Position numbers and translations under genes: made by a program
Notes under the pieces: generated by a model
The model's database searches: none
Told to the model about the DNA's origin: nothing
What the model saw: the letters and a program-made list of their open reading frames with translations, nothing else
NCBI GenBank assembly: GCA_964036045.1
Contig: OZ038378.1
Location: 3,906,001 to 3,970,000 of the forward strand
Length of the DNA: 64,000 bases
Direction: 5' to 3'
DNA from: Eutreptiella sp. 'Long Island Sound 2002'
Taxonomy: Eukaryota; Protista; Euglenida
Shown here: positions 12,830-38,800 of the stretch, piece after piece
How positions within the stretch are numbered: position 1 is the stretch's first letter
Layout of the letters: each line of letters opens with the position of its first letter

Positions 12830-13105
12830 AGCTCACCGGATGAAACCGTACCTGGGGTTCGGCGTACCTGTCGGCTCGGCGTACTTATCGGCTCGGCGTA
12901 CTTTCGACCGGCCGATCGGCCGGCCGAAAGTACGGTTTAATCCGTCACCCCCCCCTTGTTTTGGCCGAAAAAATGGCCGGAGGTATGGCCGTACTTTCGG
13001 CCGGACTTTCGGCCGGCCGAAAGTCCGGCCGAAAGTACGCCGAGCCGATAAGTACGCCGAGCCGATAGGTACGCCGAACCCAGGTACGGTTAAATCCGGC
13101 GGGCC
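12830..13105. mobile_element. Mutator-like MITE (276 bp) with 9-bp TSD
   Basis: Perfect 9-bp direct repeat GGCAATACT at 12821-12829 and 13106-13114. Long TIRs (AGCTCACCGGATGAAACCGTACCTGGGGTTCGGCGTAC versus GGCCCGCCGGATTTAACCGTACCTGGGGTTCGGCGTAC) with internal CGGCGTACT/CGGCCG repeats. Confidence 0.85.
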
Positions 13106-13832
13106 GGCAATACTGCCCATGGCTCACAGGCTGCATGTGTCAGAGCATGCCTACCTGTGGCACATGCCCCCTTGAAATCATCACATCATGGCACAGCGGG
13201 TCAAAAAAAGGTTTTACGCTTTGTGCTGTGCGCATTGCAAGGTAAAAAAAAATGTGGAATGAAAGAATTAATGGAAATGTTCCCCTTTGTACCCCTCCTG
13301 TTCATCGGCAAATGCTTGTGGAGTTGAAGGGACAAGGGTGGGTGCACTGTTTGGCACTAAATGAAACATCTTTGAGCAGAGGCCATGGAAAGGTGCATCG
13401 CTGTGTTCAATGCATTAATCATTTTCACTTTTTGAGCTGTTGAGGGTGAGAAACATGGAGGGGGGGGGGGGGGGAGGCGTCCGGCCGACACCCACACCCA
13501 CACACCCCGACACCAACCGTCCATTCCCGATTTACGATGTACGAAATGCGGGACCCCTAAACCCGAACCGACACGTCGCTAGAGGCGACACCAAATTTCC
13601 GCAGACAAAGGAATCTGCACAGCGAGGGGTCCAGAAAAGCCATCATGTGCCTGGTATTCAGTGAAAGTGTTTCCAACCATTTTTGACCATTTTCGCCCTG
13701 AAAAAAGTTTCGGCGCCTTCGGTGCTGGTTCATAGTGGCTGACAGCCCATTTCGTAAATTGTAAATCGACAATTCTGCCCCTCCGGAGCCCCCCCCTCCC
13801 CCCCCCCCCAACACACACCAAATTAAATACAC

Positions 13833-13879
13833 GTGAATTGGATCCTGCACTGCCATCAGGGGTGCAGGATCCAATTCAC
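13833..13879. repeat. Perfect 18-bp inverted repeat with 11-nt spacer
   Basis: gtgaattggatcctgcac (13833-13850) and gtgcaggatccaattcac (13862-13879). Confidence 0.9.
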
Positions 13880-14165
13880 AAAAGGGATTCGGATGTCTCA
13901 CAGCCACCCTGCGTGATGTGCCTGGAGAGGGACAGCCTCTGCACGCACAAAATGGGGGCTGGGATGAGGCCCAAATGGCCCAAAAGGTCAATGGATATTC
14001 GACGGCTTTCAAGAGCTTTGAACGCTGCGTTCGATGACCCACATGCGTACCTCGCCCCCTTCAGCAACCTGTCTGCACCATTGCAGACGACGTGTGGTGT
14101 GCACAAACCCACAACCACACAGCCCCACTCCGCCCCCGGTGCGAGCCGCGGCCCCCAAAGCCTAA

Positions 14166-15071
14166 GGGGGAGGTACGCGCACCGCGTGCACCGCGCATCG
14201 CACCGCGTGCGTTCTTTTCATCCTAGTCTCGAAAATTTTCAGTGATTTTTCAGGTTGTCAAGGACGCGGTGGCCTAAGGGGTAAGCATACAACAACGGAG
14301 GCCTCCACTCCATCCTCCTCACCAATTGCATGGTGGTTGTAGCCGCCCACACCCCCTGACGGAGGGGGCCGTTGGTTGATGATGAAAGGAGAAGGATCCG
14401 CTCTCTAGCACGGCCCAACACCAAAGAGCGGGGCAAACATGCAGCCAATTTGCACTGCTTGCCAAGCACCTCACGGGCTGCCCAAACCCGCAAAGTACTT
14501 CGTTTCGACCGTTTCGCGTTTCGATTCACCGCCCAATGGGGTGCCCAATCCCATTGGGTAGTCGTTTCGTCCGTTTCGCGTTTCGCTTGGCTACCTTGTG
14601 GATTGCCCCATTCCACAAGGTAGTTGCATCATTTCATTTGTCTACTCCTCATTCTCCTCGGCGCTTGTAAGGGATGACCCTGATGAGGTGGATGATGTAT
14701 CGGAGTCGGAAGAGGATGAATCCGAGTCTGTGTGCCGCCGTGTGGCCTTTGGTTGGCCGAAGATGGCGTCGGGAAAGTGTTCCCACGGTCCGTGCGGCTC
14801 GTAGCGGACGTTCCTGGCGTTCAGAAATTGTTGGATGTGCACAACCGCACCCGTGGCTATTGTCCACCATCGCGACCACCATCGCGACCTGGCTTGGCGC
14901 CCTATCCCGCAGCCACGGCAGACGGGCTCACCGGAGGGGGGGTGCTACAGGGCCGGTGAGGTGCTGAGAAAAAGCACAAGGGGGAATTATGGGAAAAGAG
15001 TGAACCGCACTACCCAAAAGACCGCGCACCGCGTGCGCACCGCGCATCGCACCGCGTGCCGTACCTCCCCC
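14166..15071. mobile_element. PIF/Harbinger-like non-autonomous element (906 bp) with TAA TSD
   Basis: TIR GGGGGAGGTACG...CGTACCTCCCCC; TAA at 14163-14165 and 15072-15074. The subterminal block caccgcgtgc.accgcgcatcgcaccgcgtgc occurs near both ends. Confidence 0.8.
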
Positions 15072-15435
15072 TAAGGGGCTTTGTGCATTCTCAAAGGAGG
15101 CGCCTGGGCCGATACCGCCTGAAGACAGCCGTTGTGAGTCATTCCAAAATCGACGAACGACCACAGTCTGACAGGCCCAACACACTACGTTGATGCTGCT
15201 GTGGGTACTCTATTCGGCTGCCACATCGTGGACAGAGCACGCATGCACACGCGCATGCGTGAGCAAAGCACAGAGAAAAGAGCACCGCCAATTCTTGTGA
15301 GCCCAACAAGAACGGAAACATCCATGTCAACAGGTGCCGTTTGTGCGTACACGAATGGCACCTGCTGCGTATTGACATGCCGTGACACTCTTGTGCGGAA
15401 CATACCCGTTACGAATTCCGTAGCGATCTTTCAAC

Positions 15436-28796
<13,361 letters not shown>

Positions 28797-28801
28797 GACA
28801 C

Positions 28802-28836
28802 CTTTGGAAACGCAAAGCAATTGGTGGACAGGAATA
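28802..28836 (-). promoter_or_regulatory. Putative spliced-leader trans-splice acceptor of ftsH
   Basis: Minus strand tattcctgtccaccaattgctttgcgtttccaaAG|gtgtcATG: a pyrimidine-rich tract and AG 5 nt before the start codon. Function inferred. Confidence 0.5.
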
Positions 28837-29853
28837 GGATTACCAGTTACAGTACACTTGAGTTCATTTCATGCGGACAGAAATATCTCACAAAGAAACA
28901 AAATCTCAGACCAGATTGCATCCTGGATGCCACGGGGACGCGGAGGAGTCCGCTAAGAAACACGACGGAAAGTGACTCTTCGCCCAGGCTACAATTGAAA
29001 ATGTTTCCGAATTATCTGTGTTTGGGCAAACCGAACGGCACGGTAGATCACAGCTTTTGCAGAACATATATGTAGTGTACTGTTTCCGGCGAGCGTTTCT
29101 GCTTCGGGAGTGTGACTGGGAATACCAGGGTACATTAACCTGCGCGGTTCGACGGCACAGATGTGAAAAGGGAATTTCGTCGACGCACATATTACATCTT
29201 CAACGATGCGGTGACGCAACTTACGAGTGACGATTTGTACAATGGCCGCGAATATGCCAAAGGGTTATCCTTTTTTCCAAACCCTGGTTCCACAAATGAT
29301 GCTGTCACACGACCGATGCAAGCTTTGCAAAGTTGCTTGCCATGAACGCGTGGTGAGGGACCAAAATTTCGACTTTGCCCTCACACGACTAATGCAAAAT
29401 TTGCCCAAGCAACTGACACGCTGCTTTTTTGCTCAATCTTTGTGGACCCTTCCAATCGTTGACAAAATCATAACGTTCAATAGCATTCACTCTCACGTCA
29501 GTGTATTCTAGTTGAGATGACGTGGTCCCCTGGCATGACTTAAACACGGTGGATCATGATTCCGGAATGACCATTTCACAACGGCTCGGTGTATTCTCTG
29601 TTTGGTCTTGAGGTGTGTCCTCGCTCTCACGTCGACACCCATCCTTTTTCATTTGGTGTGGGAAGGGAGCAATCACGAGAGACGTGTGGTAGGAGCTCCT
29701 CCTATGTGCTCGGAGGAATGATAGTGGTATAGGTTGGAGGATTGGGAATGGCACACGGCGGCCTTGACCGAGCGAACGCTTCCGTCTCGCCCCAAAAAGG
29801 TGGTGGGCAATTTCTATGTTACGGGGCGTTGTGTTGTAGGTCGTGACCACGCA

Positions 29854-32800
29854 ATGGCAGGCCATCCTTTAGATGGAGATGGCATCATCTTTAACTTGTT
29901 CCAATTCTTGAAGTCCCGATTGGATGACAAGTATGTGGTTGGGAGCTTGCAAACGCGGATGCAGATGGGGTCAGTACGACACGGCCCGACAAATATGCAC
30001 GCCCATTGTTGCCGTTTCAAGGTCCCCAACTTAGCTTAACGCCCCGGCAAAGTCTCGCGTTCCAATCCGCATACACCACGGCTTCTTCGCGGCTTCACGT
30101 TACTTGTGTTTAAAGCTTGCTTGTAGCCAACGCTACAGCCACAAGGATGCACGTCTTCCCATTAGTGCTTTTGCATTTGTTGACAGGCCTGTTATGTTTA
30201 GAATCCCGGACACAATTATTCTGCACAACTTCCCTACCACCTGGTACTATTGGGCGCCCGTTCCGAAACCAGACCCTGAAGGAGAGTACTCTGATGATGT
30301 ATGTAAGTTGTCATTGGATTTTCCTTGTTATTTGGGTTGTTTGGATGATTGTCTCCTTACTCGTTGATCACGGCTGTCATCGGATTTAGGGTCCTTGTTA
30401 CTAGTGCCTACGTATGTTGTCCCGAGCTCCACTACTTTTCACAAAACAAGTACGATCCCCTTTTGAAACAAGTGCACGGCTATTTTGTTAGAAAAACACT
30501 TTTTTATGCACCACCGTGTAGGGAGTGCCATGGACGCAAAGGGGCACGCGGGGGAGGTATCGACGTTTGAAACATGGCGTCTTGGGGCACATAGATGGGG
30601 GGGACATACACATACCGTACCAGCGTACATCACGTGCTTCCATGCGAATATGTACCCCTTTTTAGCGACTTAGGGACAAAAAAAGGCACAACACGGGTGG
30701 GAACAAGGGGTGGATGCGTGACTCCCTTGCTCTTCCATGGTTGTTACGAAAGGTGCCAAAACACCTCAGTTGCATGGCCGTATGGAAAACCACGGCATTA
30801 GTTTTTTTCGGAGTGTTATCCTCCCAACAATCAACATTTGTGTCATTTTGCCACGGGTAATGGCTAGTTTCCCCTCAATCAACACCAACCATTCTGATGC
30901 CCAACCCGTGCCATGGTGTCCGGTTGCTTGCCCACAAAGTGCATTTGTGCATCCCCACGTGCAACCAAAACATGAGCTCTACTTGCGATGCTCATGCACT
31001 TGGTTGTTTCTCAACTAAAATTTTAGACATTTTAGAGGGTTAAGAGTTACCTCCATCCCAACAAAGTTCGGAGCCATTCCGTATTCAAAAATATGAGACA
31101 CGTGGTTTGGAAGAGTGCACCTTAAGAGACCCACGCAGCAATTCTTTTCGGCATTTCAGGAAAAGGTTAACCCCCACCACCCAAGGCCCAAGCCCAAATG
31201 TGATAGAAGAAAGCAATGAGATCCTTGAATGTTGTTTGTTGGGGGTACCATAGCACGCGATTACGCGAAATGGGCGTAAATGTGCTTTGGCCCAAGACCA
31301 ACACTTAGCAACATGGAACGATCACACATTTCTCCAAAATCATCAACCAACTCTTGACAATGCGGCAACGCATGAGGCCCGCAAGAGTCATCTTCTTTGG
31401 CCCCTTCCATTCCATGGCACCAAATACCATCACGCTTGGGCAATGGGGGGGTGGGCGTTCACCTTTGTTTGGGATGTTTTAACACAACACAAGATGTGGT
31501 GGGAGTTTCTATTGAGGCCATGCAAACACACTTTGTTGTTTGTGTTGTGTCATGTTGTGTTGTCATGTTGTGTCGTGTCATGCTCCCCTAAAGGGGGGGG
31601 GGGGGCTGCTAGGTTGGTGGGTTGGCGGTGAGTCCTATTTTTCCGGGTTTTTTTTTGTTATTTTCTTGTACGCTGGTGCCTTGGGGTTAGGCCAAGTGGT
31701 GCCTAGCTCACATCTCACTGCAAGTGGGTGCTTGAATTTTTCACCTCACCCCCACCCCCTGTGGCTAAGAAAAGACTTGGTGCATACATCCGTTTGCACA
31801 CATGTGTGTTTGCATACATGTGATCAAATTGAATGGAATATGGTGGCCAGGTGGGGCGAGGGCAAGGGATCGGGATGAAGTTCAAGCTCCGTGACACAGT
31901 GCATGACACATCCTTTCCCTATTTGCACCCGGCCTCCGATGAATTGGTGAGTAGCTTTTCTTGTCCCTCGGTGTGCCTTTAGTCTTGATGAGCTTGCAAA
32001 TAGCTAGGTCTCCTTTTGCAAGGAGCATAAAGATTCATGCGATGCGAGTTACGGAGTTACGGAGTCAAGAATTATACAACAACAACATGTAAGGAGGTAT
32101 ACAAGGGACATGGGTGGTGGTTGTATAAGTTATCCATCGGAGCGCTAGGCGGGGGAGCACTTAGATGGGGAAGACGGCCCTATCCACCCCCAGACCCCAA
32201 ATTCCTTGCTCATGGGGTGGCATCTCCTCCTCATGATTGTGCATCGACCCGTCCCCGTTGGCATATGGGATCTCATCTACCCCAAACACTCTGTCTCACT
32301 AGTCACGCATATGGTTCACAGACTAGGTTGGCAAACTCAACAATGTTTGCTTGAGCATTAGCACCATCCCATGGGGGCTTTTTGGTTGGGTGTCCCTTCA
32401 ACATTGGTGAACTGGAAATGGAGCATGCAAATGCATGCCCTTTTGGGTGCCATACCGGTTACAGCTACATACGTTTGGGGTAAGTCAAATGTGGTCCGAG
32501 CTTGCACCACTACGCATGTGACTAGTCACATGGGCCCACAATATTGGGTCACCCGTGATGTGGACAGTGGACTTGGACAAGATTGCGCCCTTCACTTTAT
32601 TTTCATTGATGCTTCAAGCAAGCTTTGAAACAGGTATTTCTGGCTTGGTCCACTACTCCCATGGTGTTGTTGAACATGACCACATCAAACAAAGGTTGGG
32701 CTTCACCATCAATGCCTTCAATGTTGTTCACATTGCAACCATCAACTTCCCTATCCTTGTCATGTTTCCCATCCCTATGGTCACATTGTCATTGTCTTCA

Positions 32801-35800
32801 TTTTCATCTTCATCTTCGTGTTGACCATTGATTGGGAGGGAACATAGGCACATTGGGAGGGAGGGAACACAGGCGCAGCCTATAGGGCATATATGATAAC
32901 ACTGCACAGCTACGATTGTGCGGCACACTTAGTGTGTACCTGAGCTGAAGGCTGCCCCCTGAGGAAGCAAGAGGCGCCGGGAGAGCCATATGTGAGTGAT
33001 AGTGATAGGCCGTCCATATCCAGGGGCCTAGCCACTATGTGACTGCATGTGCCATAGATCAAGAGCGTTTCACATGTGCACTCCCCACGCCAAACAGCAC
33101 ACCATGACACATTGCCATGATTGCACTACGTGACTCCACACTGCGCCCGAACCAGGCAGTTCTTGTGCGGTTTGGTACAAAGTAGTGTGAGCAACTGCTG
33201 TATTCGTACAGACAAGCAACAGGTAAAAGTAGCAGAAAGCCAAGGTGTAGAGGAGCACAACAAAACAAGGATAGCCCAACACCCCCCAAGGTGCAAAGGT
33301 GAGAACCCGTGCCCCGTACCGTGCACAGACTCATGTACATCTAAGGACGCTGCTTTTTGTGTGCATACCTGTCGCTCTATGTGCTCACCGCCTGATTCCT
33401 TGAGCTAACGGTCTTTTGATTCCTCGGTGTCATTGTGCATTGGCAATGTACGCTCAATTTTTCCAGATGGATTGCAAATGGCTAGCAATCGAGTGGTCCT
33501 CGAGAATATCCAAGGCATTTGAAAACCGGTCTTAGCATTTAAAAACGGGGCTCTTTGAAAGCAAACGGTGCATTTGTAGATTGGGAAGCATCAAAGCTTC
33601 ACATCCCAATGTCTACACAACCCCTACCATATAGGGGCTAGCTCTATCCAAGATTGGCCATGTATCCCCTGCCATCTCAAACGGAAGAAAGATTGAAATG
33701 GATAGGTTGGAATAATATGTCATCACCCTTTCAAAGGGCCGTTGAAGAATTCATTTGCTAGTTGGGCCATCCGCCAGAGGTCACCCGTCGTGGTTTGGTA
33801 TGGTGACAGAACGCTTTGGGCGTGGGTCACCGACTCTACATGTTGAAACACCATGTGGCAGGGCGGCAATGCCACTAACATGATGAAACAACCATCTTGG
33901 CCTTTGCACATTTTGCACGTGCAACCCCCCGTTTTTGAAACTCCTCAACCCCCCTTCAAAATTGGAGTTTGAACCCGATACAAAATCATGCATCCTTGGG
34001 CTCATCAAAAGGTCACATTCCACATGGAAATGTCCTCTGTGGTGTCATGTGGTGAAATTTGGGAATAGAATCCGGGAAGGGGATGGTCACGCCACACAAT
34101 GTTGGAATGTGAAGTGTGTGGTACAAGCATGGTGCAAGAAAAGGAAATTGCACAAGTGCTAAAACTCAATGAACAACGAAGGCAGATAAAATTGGAATGA
34201 ACTTCGAAACATAAAAGCCAACCATTTTCCCTATGTGATATATTCTCCATCCTTATGATGTCACCCTTTCCTGAAATGATGATGTCATTGCCATACAAAA
34301 GCAGTTATTTTTGATCAAAAATTGGTTGTTTTGGTTAAGAACCAAAAATTCTCCCAGATAGGCTTGTTCAAACTGGCACCAGAGTTATGCAGGTATGTGG
34401 GTACAATCCATTTGATGTTGAGTGGAAACAATTATTTTTTGGACCAAAAAATTGGGCCTCTCAAGCGCCTGCACACCACCATTCAACCATGCTCTCCTCT
34501 TTGCGATTTGAGATCAATTGGCTCCACATCCGGATCCTTGGCATATTTTTTTTTGCATTGAGCACCACAATTTGATTAACAAAACAGCCTTCCTATTTTC
34601 GTTTGCCCAGCAGCTTGTTGCGGGTACTATTGGTAGATGTAAACAGCCGCAACAAAGTGGTTTTTTGCAGAACATGATGTCATGTACCTTTTTGACTAAA
34701 AGAAGACCTGTGCTTCCACAAACCAACTATATTTAAAGTTCTTATATGCCCACTTGACCAGAGATTGCAATCATGGGTATGCAGGCTTGCCCTCCAGAAT
34801 ATTCATTTCGTAGAAGCACACCAGCTTTTCTTTTTTTAATTTCCCATGTGTGGCTTCAAGCTGTGCCTTCTCCTTTGTTGCTTGAATTCCCAAACAAGTG
34901 CGGTATTTTGCGGTAAATTTCCTATTCATGGAATTTCCTTTGAGAAAGAGCATGGAGGACGAGCTTTTGGCAATCGAATCATCAACCACATCAGGTCACA
35001 ACACATCAGGTAGACATGGTCCCTTCTTCCTCGGCATTTTCTTCAGCGTGAGGTTCTTCAATGTCTCCCGATTAGCATCTTGTTGTGGCTCAGGCTGCAC
35101 AGATACTTGTGGATGCGTATTCTCTTCGCCCATTCTCACTCTGGGATGAGGATCTTAGGTGGCTAGATATTCTCATCCAAGGCGTGGTCTCTTGTCAGAC
35201 GAATTCTTCTGGGCCCCCCAAGCGCATTGGACGGATTTAGCGAGTGATCACCCCTGCATTGGTCGCTGCTTTGCAAATGAGGATTCTCACCCTCCCGTTT
35301 TCAGCGGAACTTTGCACATGCGCTGCCAGGAACTGCTGAACAGTGGTGACGATGACTCACCCCGAGCTGAGGCCAAGGGTGGCACAAAGAAGGACGCCGG
35401 GACACGCAGGGCTCGGAAGTGGAAGAAACGCAGAATATACGGGGAAATCCGGGAGAAAGGTATGTGATGATGAAAAAAAGGTGATACAGTGCCATTGCCT
35501 CGCCCCAGCCTGTGTCATCCGCTGTGCTGTATTTCCATTGCAGTTGCCATACACCTTGTTTTGTGCCATGCCTAAAGCCCCCAGCCCCGCTTTGTGCAGC
35601 GTGGTGTACCCATGCAGCCCTGGGTCTAGAGCATCGCAATCCGCGTATCGCTGACCGTAATGTTACGTACGAAACGAATTGATGTTCGCTTGCAACTGTT
35701 CACGTGTGGGATGTGTCCGACAAATGGGAATGTGTGTGTGTGTGTGAGTTGCATCACAGTCACCTCGTTCTTGGGGCAGACGTTCCGACATATAGCTTGT

Positions 35801-38800
35801 CTGGCCACACCTCAACTGATTACGGTGCCAAGTCGTGTTGCTATTCGAGAGAAAGTCGAGAACCATAAGTAGGCCACACAGCACAATGAACCGTTGTTGA
35901 TCGTTCAGCCACACTTAATTTTCTGAGGGACAACACATACACCCAAAAACATACCAGAAGTCGCACGCTTGCAATTGCTCACGTTCCATAACTTCCGTTC
36001 GGCGCTTTGACGTTGAGTGTGGAACATGATAGTGGTGGTTGATGAATGTTGCTCAGGAACTTAGAATCCATCCACATTGACAGACACCTGCAACAGGCAC
36101 GGTATTCCCGAGTGCCTCTCAATTGTACACGCATCATCGGTGCAGGTGGGAAATGCCTAGAAAAGAGCATCATTTTAAAGACCTTCAGTGCCCTCCAGAA
36201 CAGCCCCTCTTGCGACACCATTGCCACTTGGATGCAGAAGGAGGCGGATGGGGCTTACAGTGTGCAGTTTTTCAACCATGAAGAGTTGGCAGTCTTTCTG
36301 AACGGCCAGCACACAGGTACATTTTCGGGGCAAGGGGCACCAGGGGTTGGTTGATCGACACAAGGCTGAGGGTTCCTGCACAGCAGTGCTCGTTGCAAGG
36401 GTGGCGCTGGCAGCTGTGGTGGTCACGGCCATGGTCAGGGCGGCAGTGGGAATGAGGAGTGGCATCTCCTTCATGGGGTCGGCGGCCACCACCAGCACCA
36501 CCGGCAGCCACCGGCGGTTATAGCACCACAGCACCGCAGGGGCATTTCCCATGCGGTCGGCTCATTTTTGGTTGGCTGCCATCAAATCCATGTCACGAAA
36601 CAGCCAGGGGTCGGTATTTCAGCCTCTACATTCGGTTCACAGCTCGCCTAGCCGCGTACATCCCTCGGATCCAAAATGATTTGGTGATTTGACATCCAGG
36701 AGTTCCTTCACATTTGTTGGTTTGTATATGGGTGACTGCACATTGGTGAGTCACGTCCACGCCACAACTGTCAAAGAGGGAATTTTACGACGCGTCGGGC
36801 CCCGACACCCCCCGACGCGTCGTACATCCCCGACGCCTTGTACGACGCCGTACGACGTGTCGTACGGTGTCGCCGTTTACCCGGGTACAGTCTGTAGACA
36901 CCGTGCCTACATGTAGACACTGTGCACAGTTTGTTGACACTGTGCACATACATGTTTACCCGGGTATAGTCTGTAGACACTGTGCATATAGGTGGTGTGC
37001 ACATGTTGTAGACGCGAAGAGACCCCCTTCCCTAAAAAACGGCCCGCTAACGCCGGGGCACATATGTCAAAGAGGGAATTTTATGACGCGTCGGGCTCCG
37101 ATGCTTTGTACGACGCCATACGACGAGTCGTACACCCCTGACGCGTTGGGCTCCAACGCCTTGTACAACGCTGACACGTCGTACGCTCCTGACGCGTCAG
37201 GCCCCCACGCCTTGTATGACGCCCCGACGACAGTGCTCGTCCACGCTGCCATTGGCCAGAACCCCAAGGCTGGGCTGGCAAGAGGTGCAGCCATGCTGGT
37301 GGCAATGTAGCGGGACCAAGGCGGACAGGAATGGTTGAGGCCCTGAAAATGGGGCATGCCTCGGGGGAGCGCGGTGTGCCAGCAGGTGGAGACTGGAAGT
37401 TGGCGTTGCTGCGCCATAGCATTCGTGTTGACTACAATGTGGAGTGAATTGTGGATGCAAAGGAGTGGTTGTATTGCCACATGTCTTGCTTCTCCAAGGC
37501 CGGTGACAATGAGTCCTTGGTTGGAGATGACACCCCCACCGATGAGTGGAAAGTGGGCTTCCCGGGTGCCTACCCACACTATGCCCAGACGCCAAGACCG
37601 GTTGCACACCTCAATTTTCCTCTATCTTCCCCTATTGTTCCTCCATTAGTCCCCCATTTTCCCCCAATTTCTTTGCGGCCCCCCTAATTTCCCCCCATTT
37701 TGCCCCATTTTGCCCCATTCCCCCCATTTTTCGTGGTTTCCCATTTTTCTTGGGGAACGGTATGGGAAACCTTAGTGGCAGATCGGTGGGGAATTTTATG
37801 GGCCTGCTTAAGGGTCGCCCTCCCTGGTGTGCACAAGGTGTCAACATTGAGGGAATAAGCGGATTTGGTCAGGTCAAGATTTGGCATTGGTCGCCCTAAC
37901 AATCAGGCTTGTGTGCAGCTCTGAGCACATTGTTAGTTGGATTTTCTGGGACTGGCTGCAGATTCCACATGATTCCACGAATGATCAAGGGTTCTCGGTG
38001 GGAATGCAGAGACAGATGGATCAATTCAATCACTTCCAGGGCCTGAATGAGGATTCGATTGTTATCTCAAACATGGTTCTTGGACGTAGCCGTGCAGGAC
38101 TGCACACATTTAGTAGCACATGAATTTTTTACTTACATGCGCCAACAATGATTTTAGGTGGCGGCGCTGCCACTAGGGCAAATTGACACACCTCTTGTCA
38201 CATCACCACAGATTATATGCACACAAGCGAGCAGAGGTTATGATTGCCACGCAAATTGCAACAATGGACCATGTGGGGGCGCGGGTTTGCCTTTGTGGCA
38301 CTGCTTCGCTGCATGCAGTGCATTCCGTGGATTCACCAGGGCTGCTGCAGTCTTTTGTCCTTCCCGGATCTGAATACAATGAAGTTCTTCAGGCGGTCTG
38401 GTCCCCCAAAATTTGCCACGTCAACAAACGCATCAATCGCTGGAAACTGTCTGATCGGGCACACGCCAGGTCTGTGCTGCCACATTGTGGGTTGGTGCCC
38501 AGGCGTCCTATTGCCGCTGCACGGGCTTTGATTTCGGTGGGGGGTCTGGACCACGATGGGATTGGTGTCATGATGCATTGCAGGATTCAGGGGTCCGCAT
38601 CCCTTCTGCATTTCTTCCCCAATCTTTCCGCATTGATTGGTCCGGATGCCGCTGAACAATCGCCTCGCATGTGCTGATACATCAGCGGAGTAGTTGGTTT
38701 GTAAGGAACAATTCCGTTTCGTCCATCCTCAGCCCTCACAGACGATGGATGGTAGAGACGTCTGAAGACGATCTGCATGGGCACCTGTCAAAGTGCTTGT

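Noticed and set aside
3914-15435. Additional protein gene in the kinase-ftsH spacer
   Set aside because: Only broken coding-like fragments were found (about 7.5, 9.0, 10.9 and 11.6 kb), with stops and no phase-consistent exon chain.
31100-31540. Tc1-like SVMVFGAMEWKG or C48-like DSCGPHAL motifs on the minus strand
   Set aside because: These are isolated short matches in different frames with no supporting downstream motifs.
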